Source: Octopus vulgaris (lineage: Eukaryota). From it: a stretch of DNA of 64,000 nt. A model generated the notes under the pieces. The model was not told the DNA's origin and made no database searches. It saw nothing but the letters and a program-made list of their open reading frames with translations. The stretch spans positions 28,954,001-29,018,000 of the forward strand of contig OX597827.1 in assembly GCA_951406725.2 (NCBI GenBank), written 5' to 3'. The translations under genes were made by a program, and so were the position numbers. Positions 14,243-28,846 of this stretch are shown here, piece after piece (the first letter of the stretch is position 1; every line of letters begins with the position of its first letter).

Positions 14243-14380
14243 TCCTGTCAGTATGTGTGCACACAAACACGCATACGATCGCTGGAAACAGTTAGTTATC
14301 TTATTAGGCAACCACTTTCAAAAATATGAAGTTTCTTTTGAAAGATGTAGTCTATTAGTAGTTTATCAGTGCAGCTATAA

Positions 14381-14840
14381 GGCGGCGAGCTGACAGAAAC
14401 TTTAGTACGACGGGCGAAATGCTTAGCAGTATTTCGTCTGCCGTTAGGTTCTGAGTTCAGATTCCGCCCAGGCCGACTTTGCCTTTCATCTTTTCGGGGT
14501 CGATATATTTAGTACCAGAGAAACACTGGGTCGATATAATCTACTAGCCCCTCCCCCAAAATTTGAAACTTTGTGCCTATAGTAAAAAAAAAAATTCTTA
14601 AGGCGGCGAGCTGGCAGAAACGTTAGTACACAGTGCTAAATGCTTAGCAGTATTTCGTCTGCCGTTACGTTCTGAGTTCAAATTCCGCCCAGGTCGACTT
14701 TGCCTTTCATAGTTTCATCCTTTCGGGGTCGATAAATTAAGCACCAGTTACGCCCTGGGATCGATATAATAATCGACTTAATCGCTTTGTCTGTCCTTGT
14801 TTGTCCCCTCTATGTTTATCTCCTTGTGGACAATAAAAAA
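14381..14840 (+). mobile_element. Two tandem SINE family A copies (starts 14381 and 14602) with different tails
   Basis: Both begin taa-GGCGGCGAGCTG and share the body to ...ggggtcgata. Confidence 0.88.
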
Positions 14841-14849
14841 ATAAGAAAT

Positions 14850-15195
<346 letters not shown>

Positions 15196-15983
15196 ACACA
15201 CATATTTATATATAGGTGTGGGTGTGCGTGTGTGTGCGTGTGTGTGTGTGTATGTGTGTGTGTATGTGTGTGTGTGTATGTGTGTGTGTGTGTGTGTATT
15301 GATATTTACTTACATGTACATATATCATGGAGTCTGCCGTCGGTAGACAACGTATGGGGGTTAGGCAATTTCTTGCCGAACAACCACACATATGATTTGT
15401 CTTTGTTCACATAAGCTCACTCTCTCCATCCGATCGACATTACCTGTACAGGTGCAAATGGGTGACACATGTGAGATGTCGAAATGATCGCAGAGCAACG
15501 TGTAATGAAGTGCTTCGTTCATCAACACTGTGCAACATTCGGTCTGGGAATCGAACCCACGACCTCGCAATTCACTAAGCCATGCGGTTTTACACACACA
15601 CACACACACACATATACATATACGCATGTGCGTATATGTGTGCCTTTGTGTCTGTACCATCGCGTGACAACCAGCGTTCACGCCTACTCAACTTAGCTTT
15701 CCGGGAAAAGTTGCTGATAGAATGAGAGCCACGCTGGAAAAGAACGTTTCTGGGGTCAATATATTCCACTGAAATTCCTCAAGGTGGTGGCCCCAAAATA
15801 ACTACGGAATAATGACGGAAATAAGTAAATGATAAGACTTTAAAAATATTACAAAATCGAAATAAAATGAGGAATTTCCATTGATCAAATTTCTCTCAAG
15901 AGAACTTTCTAAAATATTCACATGTAAGTTTTGATGTGTTACTTTCTGTACAATAAGAACGCTTATCTATCTATCTATCTATA

Positions 15984-16050
<67 letters not shown>

Positions 16051-16088
16051 TTATCTATCTATCTATCAATCTATCTATCTATCTATCT

Positions 16089-16167
<79 letters not shown>

Positions 16168-16171
<4 letters not shown>

Positions 16172-16794
16172 GAAATGAGGTACTCAGAAGATCGGATGGT
16201 TTATATTTACAGATATTTATTTGCATGTTACATTTTTTATATATATATCATATCACTTAGATCATTAGCGCTTTCTCCCAATCTAGTGGGGTTTTCAAAT
16301 CAAACTAAGTTCCTGTGTGAGGAGATTTGACCATTTTATAGAGTTTTGTAGTGGTGGGGAGGAATATAAGACAGTACAAGAGGGTGATGGATGAGGAGAA
16401 AGTGAGAGAGAGAACATGTGTGTGTGTGTGTGCGTGTGTGTGTGTGCGTGTGTGTGTGTGTGTTTTTGTATCTGGGATGAGTGCTAAAGAGAAAGAGGGG
16501 AAGTGAGAGTGAAGAAGAAGAAAATAATTTTTTTGGTCTGCTGGACAGAATATTGACTCCAAGGAAAAAATAGAAAGAATTTCAGTTTTGACTACTTCAC
16601 AGTGTCACTGTGTGTGTGGTGGCGGGGAGGCAGGCCATAAATTATATTTCCTTTTGTCATTGTGAGAAGAGTGTGTGTGTGTTTAATGGTCAAATGCTTT
16701 TTGGGGTTTAAGAATTCTTTCCACTTTTTTGGGGTTTAAGAATTCTTTCCACATGATAGTTTTGTGGAGGTATGTGTGTGTGTCTGTGTGTGTG

Positions 16795-16848
<54 letters not shown>

Positions 16849-17133
16849 TGTGTGGGTGTCTGTGAGTTTGGAGAAGGGAAGAGAGAAAAAAGAGGGTAAG
16901 GGGAAAAATTGTGTTGATATTTATACCACTATATATATATATACATGCTTATACATGAAATATTAGAAAAAAATAACATCTTTTATCGATTCAAAATGAG
17001 CAATTAAATTACACCATCTTGAAAGTTGCATATCATAGGAAAGTTAAAATTAAAATGACAGTTAAAAAGGAAAGATTAAGTAAATTACAAAAATAATATA
17101 ATGTATATAACAGGTAATATATATATATATACA

Positions 17134-17218
<85 letters not shown>

Positions 17219-17490
17219 TAAATGTTCTACTATATTATGTTGTAAATCGAAAGATTTGTCCTTCAATGTATGATGAGTAAAATTTCAGCCATTTAATTTG
17301 GGGGAGAACTTAGCTATGAAATATTTTTCCACTAGAATGGGAGAAAGCGCTAATGATCTAAGTGATATGATATATATATATAAAAAAATGTAATATACAA
17401 ATAAATATCTGTAAATATAAACCATCCGATCTTCTGAGTACCTCATTTCTTCTAATATATAATACCTGTACATCATCTCCAAACCTTCCA
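16168..17490. mobile_element. Fold-back element in (TA)n with ~122-bp terminal inverted arms, probably PLE-derived
   Basis: 16168-16289 is the reverse complement of 17329-17453. The arms contain GAAA-gcgc-TA (HHR 3' half). Microsatellite-rich interior; extra 3' extension at 17454-17490. Confidence 0.65.
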
Positions 17491-18548
17491 ATATATATAT
17501 ATATTTCTATCAATCTATATATCTATTAATCTATCTATTTATGTATCTGTCTATCTATCTATATATCTATCTATTTATGTATATGTCTATTTATCTGTCT
17601 ATCTATCTTTCTATCTATCTATCTGTCTGTCTGTCTGTTTGTCTCCCTGTCTGTCTATCTTTACTTTTGTTTATCTATCTATCGATCTATATATCTATCT
17701 ATTTATGTATTTATTTATCTTTGTATATATCTTTCTCCTTCTCGTCCTCTCTCTTTTTGCATATCTAACTCTCTCTCTCCATCTATCTATCTATCTATTT
17801 ATCCATCTATCTACGAATGTTTCTACATCAGTCTCTCATTCAATGCCCAAGTAACCAAGGCGAATTACAGGCACTGACAATTTCACTTTCTTTCCTGTCA
17901 TAATTTCAAGAAAATAGTCGAACTAAATACACCCTTTTGAAGCAATACATCAAAAGCAAAGCATTCAAGGCGTAACATGAGAAATCTCAACAGAGCATTG
18001 GCAACCTGTCTAATGAAAGTAGACTTGCTGTTTGTAGATCGTTAATATTGTGTATAGAAATTAAATGAGTTAAAACCTGACGAGTGCTTTGGTTTATTAA
18101 ATGTTTCTTTTATATCATTACTTATTCCAGGACTGAAACACCAGGCCATGCGCTGGTATTTTATATTGAAAAAATATGAATTCGAAAATATTTCATTTTC
18201 AGCTAAAGATTTTAGCGATTTCACGTGATGAAAGAAGACATCACGTGTTTTCACAGACTGTTAAAAAACTAAACTAAACTAGAATAAAATAAAGGTAATA
18301 TAAACCTAACCTACCCATCTACCCAACAAAATCCCTGAATCAAAATTTAGATATAGTATTCCCTGTTGTATGTGATAAACATAAAGCGTTCTTGACATGA
18401 CAGAAACTTCATTTAAAACTTTCTTTTATGAATAGGTATAAAAGAGTTCTGAGTAATAGTCGTAGAAACCATTCATTTTAATATTTTATTCTTTCAAACT
18501 GTTGGAAAGAAATATAAATAACAAAAACGATAATCATCAAAAAGCCGA

Positions 18549-18550
<2 letters not shown>

Positions 18551-18635
<85 letters not shown>

Positions 18636-18636
18636 T

Positions 18637-18694
<58 letters not shown>

Positions 18695-18722
18695 TAATAA
18701 TAAAGAAATAATAATAATAATG
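18551..18722. repeat. (TAA)n; similar arrays at 19341-19455, 20760-20834 and 56497-56610
   Basis: Direct reading. Confidence 0.95.
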
Positions 18723-19338
18723 ATAAAATAAAGGAAATTCACCAACAATAACATATTCATAGACATTTAGCGAAATTTTGAAAGAAAGCCGCCAGGAATT
18801 TTTCAGTCTTCTACCATTTTCTGCGAGCAATTGTTTCTTTGATTCGTTTAGTAGCCAACTTATTTACTTATTTCTGTTCAGAGAATGTAATTTACTAGCG
18901 TTCCTACATCAAAGACCTACATATTCTTTGATGCGTGTGATTGAGTGCAAATGCAATATTCAAAACCATTCTTTTTATTTGAATCGTGCCAACGTTTATA
19001 CTACTTCGATCGGGTTGAAATTCTTGTATGTCTGGCGAGGAAATATTTGATATCAGTACGTCGATTATTTTTATCCTTTCTTTCTATTAATCTGTTTCTT
19101 ATTGCATGCAGACTAACGTATTATATACTCAATGAACTATCGAGATATATCACATCTAGTGCTATTATTTCGTTCTAAGATATCTTTAATTGAATGCAGT
19201 CTGTGTCATAGAGCAATAGGTATGTTTCTGCAAAGTTGTTTGTAATAAGACTCTGTTTCCATACCCTGCTTTTAACACATTCACTAACACAGACACATCA
19301 CAATGATCAATTAGATTATATTGTAATCCTTAGAGCAA

Positions 19339-19403
<65 letters not shown>

Positions 19404-19984
19404 TAATAATAATAATAATAATAAATAAATAAATAAATAAATAAATAAATGAATGAATAAAAAGAAGCATGATTGATTGATTGATTCCAGTTCCAGCCTA
19501 TGAGCTGTGGCCATGCTGGGGCACCGCCATTATGTCAATAAAGTTCTAACTTCGATGTAAGAGATTTCTTTAATATGGGGCCTATTTACAGTTGAAATAA
19601 CTGAGCCACCATCACCATCATTATTGTGTGGTTTGCTCGAACCCATTCATATGTTGGGCGGGTATTTTGAGGCAGTGTTTCATGGTTGGATACTCATCCT
19701 GGTGCCAAACATTTTAGTTCTATCTTACAACACATAGGGATGAGGTGTAATGACCTACATACACTTGATGTTTAGTGTGAATCAAGTGTCTGGCATTAGA
19801 GTAGCATTGACTGTCTGTCTATGTGTGTATCTGTGTCTGTCTGTTTGTCGGTTTGTATGTATGTATGTTGATAGATATGTACGTATATATGTATCTGTCA
19901 ACTTTTCTATCTATTTATCTATAAGTTTCTCTGTCTCTTTATCTGTTTATCTGTCTTTCTATCTGTATACTCTACTCTTTACCT

Positions 19985-20363
19985 TTTTACTTGTTTCAGT
20001 CATTTGACTGAGGCCATGCAGGAGCAAATAGCCCCCAGGACTTATTCTTTGTAAGCTTAGTAATTATATTATCGGGCTCTTCTTCCGAACCGCTGAGTCA
20101 CGGTGACGTAAACACACCAGCATCCGTTGTCAAGCGATGTTGGGGGGACAAACACAGATACACAAACATATACACACACACATATATTTATACATATATA
20201 TGACGGCTTCTTCCAGTTTCCGTCTACCAAATCCAGTGACAAGGCTTTGGTCCGCCCGAGGCCATAGTAGAAGACACTTGCCCAAGGTGCCACGCAGTAG
20301 GACTGAACCCGGAACAGTGTGGCTGGTAAACAAGTTACTTACCACACAGCCACTCCTACGCCT
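19985..20363 (-). mobile_element. SINE family C (CORE-type, tRNA-derived)
   Basis: - strand head AGGCGTAGGAGTGGCTGTGTGGTAAG...GGTTCAGTCC, then GGCACCTTGGGCAAGTGTCTT (CORE-like). Copies at 25330, 33615, 44925 and 50040. Confidence 0.85.
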
Positions 20364-20759
20364 ATACATATGCATATATATATATAAATATATACGTATA
20401 TACATTTATATGTGTTAATGTATGCATGTACGTGTGCATACTCCCTTCTCCACCAAACACACACACGCGCACACATAGTGAGGAGTGCTGGACAGTAACC
20501 CTGGCGGTATTTCTATATACGCATACTAAGAGTTAAATCCCCACCTGAATTGATTTTGCCCTAAATCCTTCTATTTTTCAATGAAATAAGTACCATTGAA
20601 ATATCGCAATCAATAAAATCGATATTTACGCTTCCAGCAAATTGACTATCTTGCTGTCGTGTGCCTGTGTAAAATATTGTTAATCCATTTTACACGTGGA
20701 TATAGTTAATAATTTTGGTCGCATTTTAAGGCACATATTTAGAAAACATGAAGTTATAA

Positions 20760-20834
<75 letters not shown>

Positions 20835-20955
20835 TTGGTTTAATGGCTTACCAATATACACTATGAGTTTCTTTGCCCTAGAAGTCGGGAAGACACTCGG
20901 CAAGAAATGGAAGAAAATTTGAAAGAAGAAAAAAAAGAAGTAATAATAATAATAA

Positions 20956-20986
<31 letters not shown>

Positions 20987-20999
20987 AAGATGAAGAAGA

Positions 21000-21078
<79 letters not shown>

Positions 21079-21079
<1 letters not shown>

Positions 21080-21927
21080 TGAAAACGAAAGAAACTGAAA
21101 ATAAGTGGATAAAGAAAAGAATGCATGGTCAATTTCATAGTGATGTTGAAGATAAGACAGACCGAGAAAAGAAATGGCTGTGGATGACGAAAAGTGATTT
21201 AAAACGGAAACAGAGGCTCTAATCTGTGCTGCCCAAGAGCAAGCACTAAGAACAAACTACCTAAAATACAGAATAGACAACACTGCAGAAAGTGATAAAT
21301 GCAGAATCTATGGACAAAACGGTGAAACTTTATAGCATATTACCAGCCAATGTACGCCAGTAGACCAGAAGGAATATAAGAGACGCTACGACTATATAGC
21401 CAGGATTGTCCATTGGACACTTTGCAACAAGTATGGACTTGACAGAGTAAAAAATTGGTACGACCACAAATCGTTGAAAATAGAAATGCAAGGATCCTGT
21501 GGGATTTTATGATTCAGTGCGACCATGAGATAGAGAATAGGAAGCCAGTCATAGTTTTAATTGAGAAAGAAAACAAACGATGCTTGATCATAGACATAGC
21601 ATGCCCAGCTGACAACAAGATATGCGATAAGGAAGAAAGAAAAGTCGAGAGGTTAGCTTGGGAAGTTAAGCAGTTGTTGTCGGTGAAAATGGTAGCACTA
21701 GTACCAATAATTGTCGGAGCCCTGGGAACAGTGAGCAAAAATCTCGAGAAGTACGTGGAATAAATAGGGGCCGCAATAAGAGTGGAGCACTTGCGGAAAA
21801 CAGCACTGCTTGGAACCGCTGGAATACTCCGGAAGGTGCTCGAACAATAAGAGGTGTTACCTTAGTTTACTGGTATTGAACTGCTAACACTGTAATACAT
21901 CTCCAGCATTAGAAGCTGTGCAAAGGC
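21079..21927 (+). mobile_element. 5'-truncated R4/Dong-clade non-LTR element (zinc knuckle + restriction-like endonuclease) between (AAT)n tracts
   Basis: MHGQF, TEALICAAQEQALRTNY, CRI..ETL*HITSQC, ILWDFMIQCDHEIENRKP, IIDIACP, VPIIVGALG, KTALLGTAGILRKVL*. (AAT)n at 21049-21078 and 21928-21941. Confidence 0.9.
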
Positions 21928-22139
21928 AATAATAATAATAATCCAACCTACACAAGCCTAACCTTCTTATTTCCAATAATAGTGGTCCTGTGGCATTTTT
22001 TACATACCATGCTATGTTGTTTATTTCCACCCTAGTGTTGTGTTCACATCTTTCCAACAAGTATGGACTTGACAGAGAAAAAAAGTGGTACGAACATAAG
22101 CCGCTTGAATACTCTGGATGGTGCTCGAAAAATAAGAGC

Positions 22140-24160
22140 TGGTCATCATCATGCAACTGCGAAAAGAAAGTGGACGAAATAAATTAATATGGCTGTAATA
22201 AAATGCTACTTCCTGGGTAATCCGAGAAATAATAAAGTACCCGCCAGGGGATACAGGAAAAGAATGCACAGGGCAAGGAGAGATAGAGGCATATTTGAAT
22301 TAAGTGATCAAAGTCTGCGTGGTCAAGCGAGAGCCATCAGAAAGAATGAATGGTTATCTCCAGTTGAACTAGAAAGCATTAAGACACTGGTGCTTAGGGA
22401 TGGTAAAACCAACAGTGAACGGAAGGATGAGGAAGAGAATGCAGATAGTGAAACTATAGCAGTGGAGTTAAGGGAAGAAAACAAACATGAGGCTAAGATT
22501 ATGGATCAGGAAAGCGATGAGAGAACCGAGGAACAGATATCCATTTTGAGTGAAATCGTTGATATTTGGACCTCTGATGAACAGAGGTTTCATACGGGGT
22601 TTAAAAAAGTAGACAGAAACTCAATGAATGATATCACTGATGATATCAGGAATGGCAACATCACAGACACCAACAATCTGATAAATGCAATCTCGATCTT
22701 TGTAGCCCGGAAGTTAAGTTTGAAAGCCAATGGTAAATGTTAACATCACCAGAAGGAACCATGGTGGAAAAAGAGAATACGCAGTCTATTAATGAGACCA
22801 GAAACCCTATTAATATTCTGGAACGGAAAAAGAGAAATGAAGTTCAGCGAGAGAAATATGTTGAGTTCGAGAGGAAGAGGAAGTATAGGGTGAAGAGAAA
22901 GGGAATCAACATTGTGATTGAGGAATTAAAACAGAAGTTGAAAGCTAAAGCACATAAACTAAAGAGATATGAACAGAGAATTGAGCAGTACAGATTAAAC
23001 AGACTTTACGAACAAAATCAGAAACGAGTCAATCAGGAACTGGATTATTGGAAGGAAAAAGGTGGAAAAGCCGTGCCGGATGCTGAAGAAAGCAAAAGAT
23101 TCTGGTCAAACATATGGTCTCAGGGGAAACAATACGAAACTGAAGCAGCGTGGTTAAAGACACTCAAAGAGGAGAGCGGAGCGTGTCAGCAGGAGGATTT
23201 GAGAATAACCGTGGAGATGATTAGAGATCAGTGCAAGAAAATTCCTAACTGGAAAGCGCCTGGCCAAGATGGGATTCAGGGATTATGGCTTAAAAACTTG
23301 ACAGCTCTGCACAGGAGTATTCTGAGAAAGATGAACAAAATACAGAGTAGTGACATCCTAGTACGGGCCTGCATGACAAAAGTCCCAAGTAAAGGGAATC
23401 CGGTTGAAAATTTCCGACCAATATCTCGTTTGACATTGATGAAGGGCATCATATCAAACAACATCTATAAGTACCTAGATGGGAACGAGGAACTACCAGT
23501 GGAACAAAAAGGATGTGCTCTGAGAAGGGAGAAAGTATAAGCCATATTGTTAGTGAGTGCTGTAAGCTCGCACAACTCGAATACAAAAGGACACACGACA
23601 ATGTGGTTTGATATGTCCACTGGCTGTTGTTCGGTAAAGCAAACCTCGAGAGAGCTGAACAATGGTATAAACATAAGACAGAGGGGGTAATGGAAAACGA
23701 ACACTGCAAAATACTCTGGGATTTTAACATGCAGTGCGACCAAGTCATAGAGGCGAGACGAACAGATACCGTGATCATTCATAAAGATTAAAAAGAAGTA
23801 AAGATAATAGATGTTGCAATACCAGGGGATTCCAGGGTGGAATGTAAGGAAAGAGAAAAGAGTGAGAAATACCAGTCACTGCGGGACGAGATAGGAAAGT
23901 TATGGAGCATGAGGAAAGTAATGGTGATACCAGTGGTAATTGGAGTAGTTTCCTAGGGCTATGAATATTGTAGCTGCTGTCAGGCTCAAGATGATCCAGA
24001 AGACAGCATTGTTGGGTACAACTCGCATTCTAAGGAGAGTATTGTCCCTTTGAGTCACAGGAGAAGTCACTACTTGAATCTTTTGGGGGTTTGTTATTGT
24101 CAGCTTTCAAGTAAAGAATAACCGGTAATTAAGACCTACCATAGAGTCTTTCATGACAGA
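22140..24160 (+). mobile_element. R4/Dong-clade element with N-terminus and RLE but deleted RT core
   Basis: RKKWT..VIKCYF..GYRKRMH..LRGQARAIRKNEWLS, PNWKAPGQDGIQGLWLK, NFRPIS, EQKGC, then a direct jump (~23525) to knuckle/RLE: ILWDFNMQCDQVIEARRTD, IIDVAIPGD, QKTALLGTTRILRRVL*. Confidence 0.88.
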
Positions 24161-24545
24161 TAATAACAATCGTAATAATAATATTAATAACAATAACGAT
24201 GATGATGATGATGATGATGTTGCATCCAGCATCGCTCGCAACATCCAGTACAGAGACCCAAACCATCACCACGGTGAAACGTACGGAGGAGCAAATGATA
24301 TAAACTTGTTTTATCATAATTTCTCCTCCCTACTTTGCACTGTATATCATAACCAGTAACACATCTAAGTATAATAGTTCCTTAACCATAATACTGGAAA
24401 CAGACTGGATGCCGTTAGTCTACAAGGAATCCTAAACTCAACAGTAGCAGTTCTATATTTAAGAGATGAGGAATTATGAACATTATTTTCCCTTTTTTAC
24501 ATTATTTACATTTGGTGGATATTTGTTCTCATCTTGTTTTTTGCT

Positions 24546-24591
24546 AACACAACGTTTCGGCTGATATACCCTCCAACCTTCATCAGGTGTC
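24546..24591 (-). ncRNA. Minimal type I hammerhead motif
   Basis: gacac CUGAUGA a gguugg-aggguaua-ucagcc GAAA cg UU guguu; palindromic AACGUU stem III. Confidence 0.75.
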
Positions 24592-24673
24592 TTCGGGAAA
24601 TTTCGAACCTGGGTTCTTATTCCAAAGGTATTTTTCGATGCTGCTGCTGCTGTTGTTGTCGTTGTTGTCGTTG

Positions 24674-24764
<91 letters not shown>

Positions 24765-24867
24765 CATTTTCACTGCCTGGAATCGAACTCGGAATCTTGG
24801 GGTTAGTAGCCCGCGCTCTTAACCACTACGCCATACGCCAGTGGTGGTTAAGAGAGCAGGCGTGGTT

Positions 24868-24934
24868 ATGGCGTAGTGGTTAAGAGCGCGGGCTACTAAC
24901 CCCAAGATTCCGAGTTCGATTCCAGGCAGTGACC
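24868..24934 (+). promoter_or_regulatory. tRNA-like Pol III internal promoter head (mirror copy on - strand at 24770-24835)
   Basis: A box TGGCGTAGTGG, anticodon-like arm ggg-CTACTAA-ccc, B box GAGTTCGATTCC. Confidence 0.8.
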
Positions 24935-24948
24935 ATAATAACAATAAC

Positions 24949-25060
<112 letters not shown>

Positions 25061-25329
25061 TTGAAAAATACGTTAGCAATGAGAACCCAAGTCCGAAATT
25101 TCCCCAAGACACCTGATGAAACGTGTTAACAACAGGACAAATATCTGTCAAATGTAAATAATTCAAATAAAGTAAATAATGTTCAACAGTAACAGTCGTA
25201 CACCTATTGATGCACAAAAGATTCAATGAATAAAACAAGAAACGGAAGAGTTTGTACATCAATATAAATTCGATGCACAACAAGGCTTGTAACCAGAAGC
25301 AGATCGATACACAAATAGTTGTACAAGCT

Positions 25330-25483
25330 GCATCTCCAGCTCGGCATAAGGAGCTTGCTTGCCAACCACGTGGTTCCTGGATAAGTCCCAATGAACGGTA
25401 TCTCGGACAAGTGTTCCTTAATAAAACCTAGTATTGACCAAAGACTTGTGAGGGAATTTGGTAAACGGATACTAAAGAAGCCA

Positions 25484-25528
<45 letters not shown>

Positions 25529-25730
25529 TTGTTTTCTGCCACCGCTTGACAACCAGTATCTGTGTGCTTACGTCTCCGAACTTAGCGGTTCAGTATAAGA
25601 GAACGGTAGAATGAGAACCGGGTTTAGAAAAAAACAGTAACTGGAGTAATTCATTCGATTAAATGTTCTTCAAAATGGTGCTCCAGTATGGCCGCAATTT
25701 AATGGCTGAAAAAATTAAAAGACAAAAGGG
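25330..25730 (+). mobile_element. Degenerate SINE family C
   Basis: gcttgcttgccaaccacgtggttcc...gacaagtgttc...gaccaaagacttgtgag...ggtgctccagtatggccgca. Confidence 0.7.
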
Positions 25731-26044
25731 GAAAAGCCAATGAGACACCCTCTTCGGGGTCACTAATTCTGCTAGAAATAGCAAACAAATGTCACACGAA
25801 ATGAAGCCACACAGTGCTTATATATAAAGTACAAGCACTAAACATGGTGATTTAGTGCGAAAAAGAGACATTTAATAAAGATGGGGTGGGCATGGCTGGA
25901 ATATCTTTGAACATAGATTTGCTTAACCGAGGTTGGCCTGGGTGTATAAACAATACACATATACACACGGAATATGCACACGTACACACGGAGGATACAT
26001 ACACACATGTGCGTGCCCTCTCACACACACACACATGCTTTTTT

Positions 26045-26542
26045 TTGTGTGACCTCCTTCGGTCACGAATGACCATGGAATTGCACCTAGAAAGTTACCT
26101 TCCGAGGTACAAGTCTGGGCAAGGTTGTTTATGGAAGACCAGCAGTCGCCCACGCATACCAGCCTTCCCTCTCCACACCACCGATGTTATCCAAGGGAAA
26201 GGCAAAGGCCGATACAGCTTGGCACCATTGACGTCGCAGCTCATTTATTAACGTGCACTCCACAGACACGTGTACCCTTAACGTAGTTCTCGAAGAGATT
26301 CGGCGTGACACAGAGTGTGACAAGGCTGGGCCTTTGAAATACAGGTACAACAGAAACAGGAAGAAAGAGTGAGAGAAAGATGTGAAAAAGTACAACAGGG
26401 TTCACCACCACCCCCTGCCGGAGCCTCGTGGAGCTTTAGGTGTTTTCGCTCAATAAACACTCACAATGCCCGGTCTGGGAATCAAAACCGCAATCCTACG
26501 ACCGCGAGTCCACTGCCCTAACCACTGGGCCATTGCGCCGCC
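26045..26542 (-). mobile_element. SINE family B copy (26250-26542) abutting the tail of another SINE (26045-26247)
   Basis: Reverse complement of the 7614 head and body. The left part, tttatggaagaccagcagtcgcccacgcatacc, is shared with 48490. Confidence 0.8.
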
Positions 26543-27299
26543 ACAACACACACACGCACACACACACACACATACTAATTATTACATATATGTCAAGGCA
26601 CACACACATATACGCAAAGCACAAGTACATACATACGCACACATCCAAACACATATTCACTCACACACACTCACAGATACGCACTGAAATCAAAGAAAGA
26701 GCCGCAAGTGTTCTCTTAACATGCTGAAAATAACAGCCAAATTTCTCTCAAATCACACACCATAATAGACAAAAGAAAAAAAAACATTAGATAATGCTGT
26801 CCTACTTTTCTCTGCCCCTCCGCACTATACAGTCGATTTGGTCACGGCTGGAATGCTTTGATCATAGATGTGTTTGATCAGAGCTAACTTTCGGCTAAAC
26901 AATAACTCGAACCAATCTTGTGCCAAATCTGTGACAATTCGATTGTCAGAATGTCCTAAGAATGAAGAGGTCACAGACAACCAAACACTTTATGACAAAC
27001 GTTCAGGAATAATGGCTTTTTTCCTCGTTCTTTTCTTTCAGACATATCTCTATCATATCCCAAAGTACTTTCCATCTCATTCCTTCTCTCACCCACCCTC
27101 TCTTTCTCCCTCCCTCTCTCTCTCTCTCTCTCTCTCACACACGCACCATTTCACACTGTTGCTTACTTTTTCTTCTTTTAACTTTTTCTTCTTTTAACGT
27201 GTAATTCTTCCCTTTGTCGCTCTTTCACTCACTCTCTCTTTCTCTGTTTCTTCCTTTCTCTCTCTCTCTCGTAGTTTTTTCTATTCGTATATATGCGTA

Positions 27300-27356
<57 letters not shown>

Positions 27357-27703
27357 CTTTCTTTCTCCTACTATCTATTTCTGCCCCTCTTTCTCTATCT
27401 ACGACTACTTTTAAAATAACTACCACCAGAACTACTACTACCACCACCAACACCTCGTCTCCCACCACCCCTTTCCAGTATATTGATCTCGTCTTTTGGT
27501 CATTCTTCAGATGTTATTTAAGCAATATCCTGCTCTATACGGGCATCCATTGTATACAAATGACTTCACACACACAAACACAAGCACACACTCACGTACA
27601 CAAATGCACACACATACAAATACACAAAAGCACATACACATACATACATAAATGAATATATAAACATATATGCACATATATGTATAATATTCATATATAC
27701 ACA

Positions 27704-27741
<38 letters not shown>

Positions 27742-28216
27742 TATTTGTATGTATACATATATATCTCATATATATATACATTATATATAGAGAGAGAGTG
27801 AGAGAGAACGTGAGGGAGATAGATACACGCATGTACCTTAGGCACTTGTGATCTATCTATATTCTTACATGTAATGGTATCTAGCTACATCTGTTTGCCC
27901 CACCACTTCCCTCCACACTCTCTTCTTTTTCTATATAAGTGTATCTCCGTTTGTGTATATGCGCGCGCGCGTGTGTGTGTGTAAGAGTACATGTATATTT
28001 GTAATTGCACATGTGTGTGTCTGTGTAAGAATAGATTGTTTACGCGTTCCCAAGAAGTTTTGGCCATTAACTCAACGATCTTGCCCTTAGATGAGTCACC
28101 AACGAAGCTCACCTTCTTCAATAATTACAAAGAAACCTGTTTATTGTGTTTCTGGCTCTCTTGACTGGAGGATGGATAAATGTTTAAAGTGTTAGTAATG
28201 CAGATAATAGCAGAGA

Positions 28217-28292
<76 letters not shown>

Positions 28293-28804
28293 TATAGTGC
28301 GGGTGGTAATGGTGGTGGGTGATGGTCGTGGTATTATAAGCTACTGTTTAGCCTTAGGTCATCCTTCAAGAGGAAGGAAATCCAGCTGTGACCAGCCTTA
28401 TCTTTATTTCTTTTTCTTTTTTATGGACATTGTGTATCAAGGACTGCATCGTTCAATGTTTTTTGTTTACTTTATTTTAAGAGGATTTTAACATGGTTTG
28501 AAGGAGATTTTTTTCTATTTACTATGTACTGTAACAAAAAGGGCCTACTTCATTGGCTCAAAATAATTGTTTCCGATTCAGTCCGGCAATATTTTTTCTT
28601 TCTTTCAGAGAAATATGAACGGCAATGTTGATCTCACTTTTGTATAGAACAGGCCGAGGTTGTAGTCTATCTTATTATTAGCTGTGTTGTAAGAAGTTTG
28701 CTTCCCAACAAGCATCTTGGGCAACTGTTTTCCGCTACAACCTCGGGCAGACCACAGCTTTGTGAGTGGGTATGGTACAAAGCAACTGAAAGAAACCCGT
28801 CGTA

Positions 28805-28846
<42 letters not shown>

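Noticed and set aside
24770-24934. Functional tRNA genes
   Set aside because: Imperfect acceptor and T stems, no oligo-T terminator, and fused to (TAA)n and a repeat tail; treated as SINE-type heads.
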